Origin: Macrostomum lignano
Taxonomy: Eukaryota
Direction of reading: 5' to 3'
Assembly (NCBI GenBank): GCA_002269645.1
Contig: NIVC01000003.1
Location: 248,001 to 312,000 of the forward strand
DNA length: 64,000 nt
Under the pieces are notes generated by a model. The model ran no database searches. It had not been told where the DNA came from and saw nothing but the letters and a program-made list of their open reading frames with translations. Position numbers and translations under genes: made by a program. Numbering within the stretch: position 1 is the stretch's first letter; every line of letters begins with the position of its first letter. Positions 59,801-64,000 of this stretch are shown in pieces.

Positions 59801-62705
59801 TGTCTTGGATTCCCCTCTGGTGTCTTGGATTCCCTTCTGGTGTCTTGGATTCCCCTCTGGTGTCTTGGATTCCCCTCTGGTGTCTTGGATTCCCTTCTGG
59901 TGTCTTGGATTCCCCTCTGGTGTCTTGGATTCCCCTCTGGTGTCTTGGATTCCCCTCTTGGTGTCTTGGATTCCCCTCTGGTGTCTTGGATTCTCCTCTG
60001 GTGTCTTGGATTCCCTTCTGGTGTCTTGGATTCCCCTCCTGGTGTCTTGGATTCCCCTCTGATGTCTTGGATTCCCCTCTGGTGTCTTGGATTCCCTTCT
60101 GGTGTCTTGGATTCCCCTCTGGTGTCTTGGATTCCCCTCTGGTGTCTTGGATTCCCTTCTGGTGTCTTGGATTCCCCTCTGGTGTCTTGGATTCCCCTCT
60201 GGTGTCTTGGATTCCCCTCTGGTGTCTTGGATTCCCCTCTGGTGTCTTGGATTCCCCTCTGGTGTCTTGGATTCCCCTCTGGTGTGTTGGATTCCCCTCC
60301 TGGTGTCTTGGATTCCCCTTCTGGTGTCTTGGATTCCCCTCTGGTGTCTTGGATTCTCCTCTGGTGTCTTGGATTCCCTTCTGGTGTCTTGGATTCCCCT
60401 CCTGGTGTCTTGGATTCCCCTCTGGTGTCTTGGATTCCCCTCTGGTGTCTTGGATTCCCCTCTGGTGTCTTGGATTCCCCTCCTGGTGTCTTGGATTCCC
60501 CTCTGGTGTCTTAGATTCCCCTCTGGTGTCTTAGATTCCCCTCTGGTATCTTGGATTCCTCTCTGTGTCTTGGATTCCCCTCCTGGTGTCTTTGATTCCC
60601 CTCTGGTGTCTTGGATTCCCCTCTGGTGTCTTGGATTCCCTTCTGGTGTCTTGGATTCCCCTCTGGTGTCTTGGATTCCCCTCTGGTGTCTTGGATTCCC
60701 TTCTGGTGTCTTGGATTCCCCTCCTGGTGTCTTGGATTCCCCTCTGGTGTCTTGGATTCCCCTCTGGTGTCTTAGATTCCCTTCTGGTGTCTTGGATTCC
60801 CCTCCTGGTGTCTTGGATTCCCCTCTGGTGTCTTGGATTCCCCTCTGGTGTCTTGGATTCCCCTCCTGGTGTCTTGGATTCCCCTCTGGTGTCTACTCTA
60901 CTGGCAGTAGTTAAGCAGCATATTGCGCATCAACTACCCCTTTTCCGCCGCCCCCGCAGTCCTACTACACTCCGGAGCAGTTCCTGGTGGATCCCTTTGA
61001 CCCGGAGAATCGCCGCCTCGCCCTCACCGAAGGCGCCGACTCGGCCGCCGACTCCGAGCCGAGCCAGCGGCACAACGGCGAGTGCAGCAGCTCGGAGCGC
61101 TGAGCCGTTGGCTGCCGACTCTTTGGCTGGACAGATAAACTTGTCATTGTGGCGGTCACGTGGTTTTTACTGTTTTGTTTTATTTTTCAAGCACTAAAAG
61201 CCGTCTTGTTACCCCCCCCCCACCAGCCCGCTTTGACTGCATGCCGCTTCTGATTATCCAGCAACTCAATATTTTGTAATCTCCCATCCTGTCGCTTGTT
61301 TCCCGTTTTCACTCATTTTTCTGCTTTTATTAACATTGTTCCTACTGTAGAAAGTTGCTCGTTTTAATAACTTTTTTCTGCTGTCTGTGAAGAACGAATA
61401 TTTTAGGCCAACTGCAACACTGAGATTAGTTGGGTATAAAATGTGTTTATCCAGGCTTGCAGCTGCACCTCGAAGCTCCCTGCTTCATCCAGCATGTAAT
61501 CCGGTTTTATTTTATCGTCGCGCTATCTGCGGATATTCAGCCTGGTTGATTGGCAACCCAATTTTTATTCCTTTGTTTTGCTGCCCCGATTCGCAAAGTA
61601 ATTCTTGGGCTTGTTTTTGAGTTTTAAACAACAATAATAAATACCAAGTTTTTGTTTCAGAGCTGCTGTATTGCTGTTCTAGCACGCTTGGCTGCGCTCT
61701 GTGCAGCCTCAAATTAGACTGGTCTTTGCGACTTCACTTTGTGCGATAGAGCTTCCCCTATTCTCTTCTAATTCCCCTCTTCCTTTTTCTCCTCTAATTT
61801 CCCTCATCCCCAGATCTCATTTAATTCCCCTCTTCCCCAGGTCTTCTCTAATTCCCCTCTTCCCTAGATCTCCTCTAATTCCCCTCTTCCCCAGATCTCA
61901 TTTAATTCCCCTCTTCCCTAGATCTCCTCTTATTCCCCCCTTCCCTATATCTCCTCTAATTCCCCTCTTCCCCAGATCTCCTCTAATTCCCCTCTTCCCT
62001 AGATCTCCTCTAATTCCCCTCTTCCCCAGATCTCCTCTAATTCCCCTCTTCCCTAGATCTCCTCTAATTCCCCTCTTCCCCAGATCTCCTCTAATTCCCC
62101 TCTTCCCCAGATCTCCTCTAATTCCCCTTTTTCCCAGATCTCCTCTAATTCCCCTCTTTCCTATATCTACTCTAATTCCCCTCTTTCCCAGATCTCATTT
62201 AATTCCCCTCTTTCCTATATCTACTCTAATTCCCCTCTCCCAGATCTCCTCTAATTCCCCTCTTCCCTGGATCTCCTCTAATTCCCCTCTTCCCCAGATC
62301 TCCTCTAATTCCCCTCTTCCCAGATCTCCTCTAATTCCCCTCTTCCCAGATCTCCTCTAATTCCCCTCTTCCCCAGATCTCCTCTAATTCCCCTCTTCCC
62401 CAGATCTCCTCTAATTCCCCTCTTCCCCAGATCTCCTCTAATTCCCCTCTTCCCGAACCGCCGCAGTTGTCCAGCCGTTCCTACAATCCCCCTGTAAGAT
62501 GATTGGCCTGCAGCAGAGCCACAAGCTGTCACTCACCTGTCCGGCACCTGAGGTGCGGCATGCTGCTCAGCCAGCGTCTCAGGCTGGCGATGTGAGCCGG
62601 CAGCTGGCTGGGCTTCTCATTGAGCTCCTTCTCGGCCCGCCTGATAAACTGCGGCTCCACGCCTTCGTAGTCGTAGGGCCGGACGTCTTCAGTGGGGGCC
62701 GCCAT
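56877..62705 (-). CDS. CRAL-TRIO (Sec14/alpha-TTP/clavesin-like) lipid-binding protein (~337 aa)
   Basis: Exons (-) 62537-62705, 57644-57795, 56877-57569, phase-consistent. AEKELNE, LRRWL..MPHL..RTDDRFLLRFLRVAKFD, QINGIKVLIDMS, NRTKAVIFVNEP, LLPKELGG. Confidence 0.92.
58297..61103 (+). CDS. Perilipin (PAT family) lipid-droplet protein, nested in CRAL-TRIO intron 1 (~310 aa)
   Basis: Exons 58297-58647, 59064-59501, 60960-61103 (phase 0). PAT-domain pattern FVQRVTAYPAVASAW...CYDW...PSVRS...APLLARIEPAVARLDRLAC..LDRLE..CP, and VDHYLPE. Confidence 0.8.
59527..60892. repeat. 20-bp minisatellite (TTGGATTCCCCTCTGGTGTC)n in perilipin intron 2
   Basis: About 68 copies. Confidence 0.97.
61775..62455. 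repeat. 27-bp pyrimidine-rich minisatellite
   Basis: TTCCCCTCTTCCCCAGATCTCCTCTAA period. Confidence 0.94.
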
Positions 62706-63009
62706 CGCTGATTTATCTCAGCCGGTCCGGTGTCTGCCTGGCTGCCGTACTTATAATGCACCGATGCAGTGCCGGCTTCGCACTTTCGCTTTTCTGGACA
62801 CTGCTTGTCTGGTTGGCTATTGGCTGCTATGCACTCCACTCGACTCGCTTGGGGTTGGGACTCTGTAGCAGCTCTTCATTATCAGTTTAGCTGCAATTGC
62901 GCATTAAGCTCTGCTGCTATTCTGTGCTAAGCATTCTTCTGCCTTTCGTGCGATTTTTATGGCTGGGTTATCCTGAAGTCACGCAGACTCATGGGTGTTT
63001 GAATCCCCT

Positions 63010-63715
63010 TGGTTAGGTTCTCCAGGTGGGTTAGGGCCTGTGGGGAGATTCTCTAGGTGGGGTAGGGTCTATGGGAGACTCTCCAGGTGGGATAGGGTCT
63101 ATGGGGAGATTCTCCAGGTGGGTTAGGGTCTGTGGGGAGATTCTCTAGGTGGGTAGGGTCTATGGGGAGAGACTCTCTAGGTGGGGTAGAGTCTATGGGG
63201 AGATTCTCCAGATGGGTTACGGTCTGTGGGGAGATTCTCTAGGTGGGGTAGGGTCTATGGGAGACTCTCCAGGTGAGGTAGAGTCTGGGGAGAGACTCTC
63301 CAGGTGGAGTAGAGTCTATGGGGAGATTCTCCAGATGGGTTAGGGTCTGTGGGGAGATTCTCTAGGTGGGGTAGGGTCTATGGGAGACTCTCCAGGTGAG
63401 GTAGAGTAAGGGGAGAGACTCTGCAGGTGGAGTAGAGTCTATGGGGAGATTCTCCAGGTGGGTTAGGATCTGTGGGGAGATTCTCTAGGTGGGGTAGGGT
63501 CTATGGGAGACTCTCCAGGTGGGGTAGGGTCTATGGGGAGACTCTCCAGGTGGGGTAGGGTCTATGGGGAGACTCTCCAGGTGGGGTAGGGTCTATGGGG
63601 AGACTCTCCAGGTGGGGTAGGGTCTATGGGGAGACTCTCCAGGTGGGGTAGGGTCTATGGGGAGACTTTCCAGGTGGGGTAGAGTCTGTGGGGAGATTCT
63701 CTAGGTGGGTTAGGG
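63010..63715. repeat. 31-bp purine-rich minisatellite
   Basis: GGGGAGACTCTCCAGGTGGGGTAGGGTCTAT period. Confidence 0.94.
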
Positions 63716-64000
63716 TCGTCTAAGATGGAATTCTCAAAGTACAAAAGCAAGCGCCGGTAGATCAGATGCGGACCTCTGGCCAGTCAGCCTGTACTAATTG
63801 CCTTTAGTGCATGAGCCCTTGCACAGGTGCATTCGTCCTCAGAGTGCAATAAAAGCGCCAGACGGCGGGACCAGTTTTTCTGCGCAGATTGTTTTGACTA
63901 AGATTTTTTACATTGTTTGATTACTTTTGCGTTCGTCCCGTCTGGAGCACGGGTGCACTCGTTCTTAGGTTTAGACTCTGACCGGCCTGCTTGAGAAAAT

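Noticed and set aside
59585-60914. Long WIPL/GVLDS repeat ORFs
   Set aside because: Translations of an intronic 20-bp minisatellite between perilipin exons
63842-63960. Small inverted repeat (GAGTGCA...CCAGACGG / CCGTCTGG...TGCACTC)
   Set aside because: Short, imperfect, no TSD, and at the window edge; cannot be classified

Overview
Eukaryotic (metazoan, invertebrate-type) genomic DNA with spliceosomal GT-AG genes. The mix of GC-rich exons, ~65-100 nt introns, minisatellite-filled introns and very AT-rich first introns resembles the flatworm Macrostomum; this is an inference from style only. I reconstructed nine host genes by hand from phase-consistent splice sites: an SLC1/EAAT glutamate transporter (-, runs off the left edge); an unknown coiled-coil/EF-hand-like protein (+); a secreted fibrinogen-domain protein (-); SAM decarboxylase (+); a MEST-like alpha/beta hydrolase (+); lipase maturation factor LMF2 (-); a QPRT-like protein head-to-head with LMF2 (+); a CRAL-TRIO protein (-); and a perilipin (+) nested antisense in the CRAL-TRIO intron. 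Mobile DNA includes a young I-group LINE (RT-RNase H) with a 12-bp TSD and a twin-priming 5' inversion, two CATACATG-ended MITEs (one carries a 28S rDNA/R2-target fragment), a 5.5-kb foldback-like palindrome with 186-bp tandem arrays, a Helentron-like element and SINE remnants. The most unusual items are: (1) the QPRT homolog has lost most catalytic residues and is fused to an Ala-rich region, an NLS and a RanBP2-type zinc finger; (2) the rDNA-carrying MITE; (3) the twin-primed non-L1 LINE; (4) the foldback palindrome; (5) a structured, uORF-rich SAMDC leader; (6) an intronic array of homologous G-U-rich hairpins; (7) intron minisatellites whose units each contain acceptor-microexon-donor. Most long ORFs in the supplied track are artefacts of tandem repeats.
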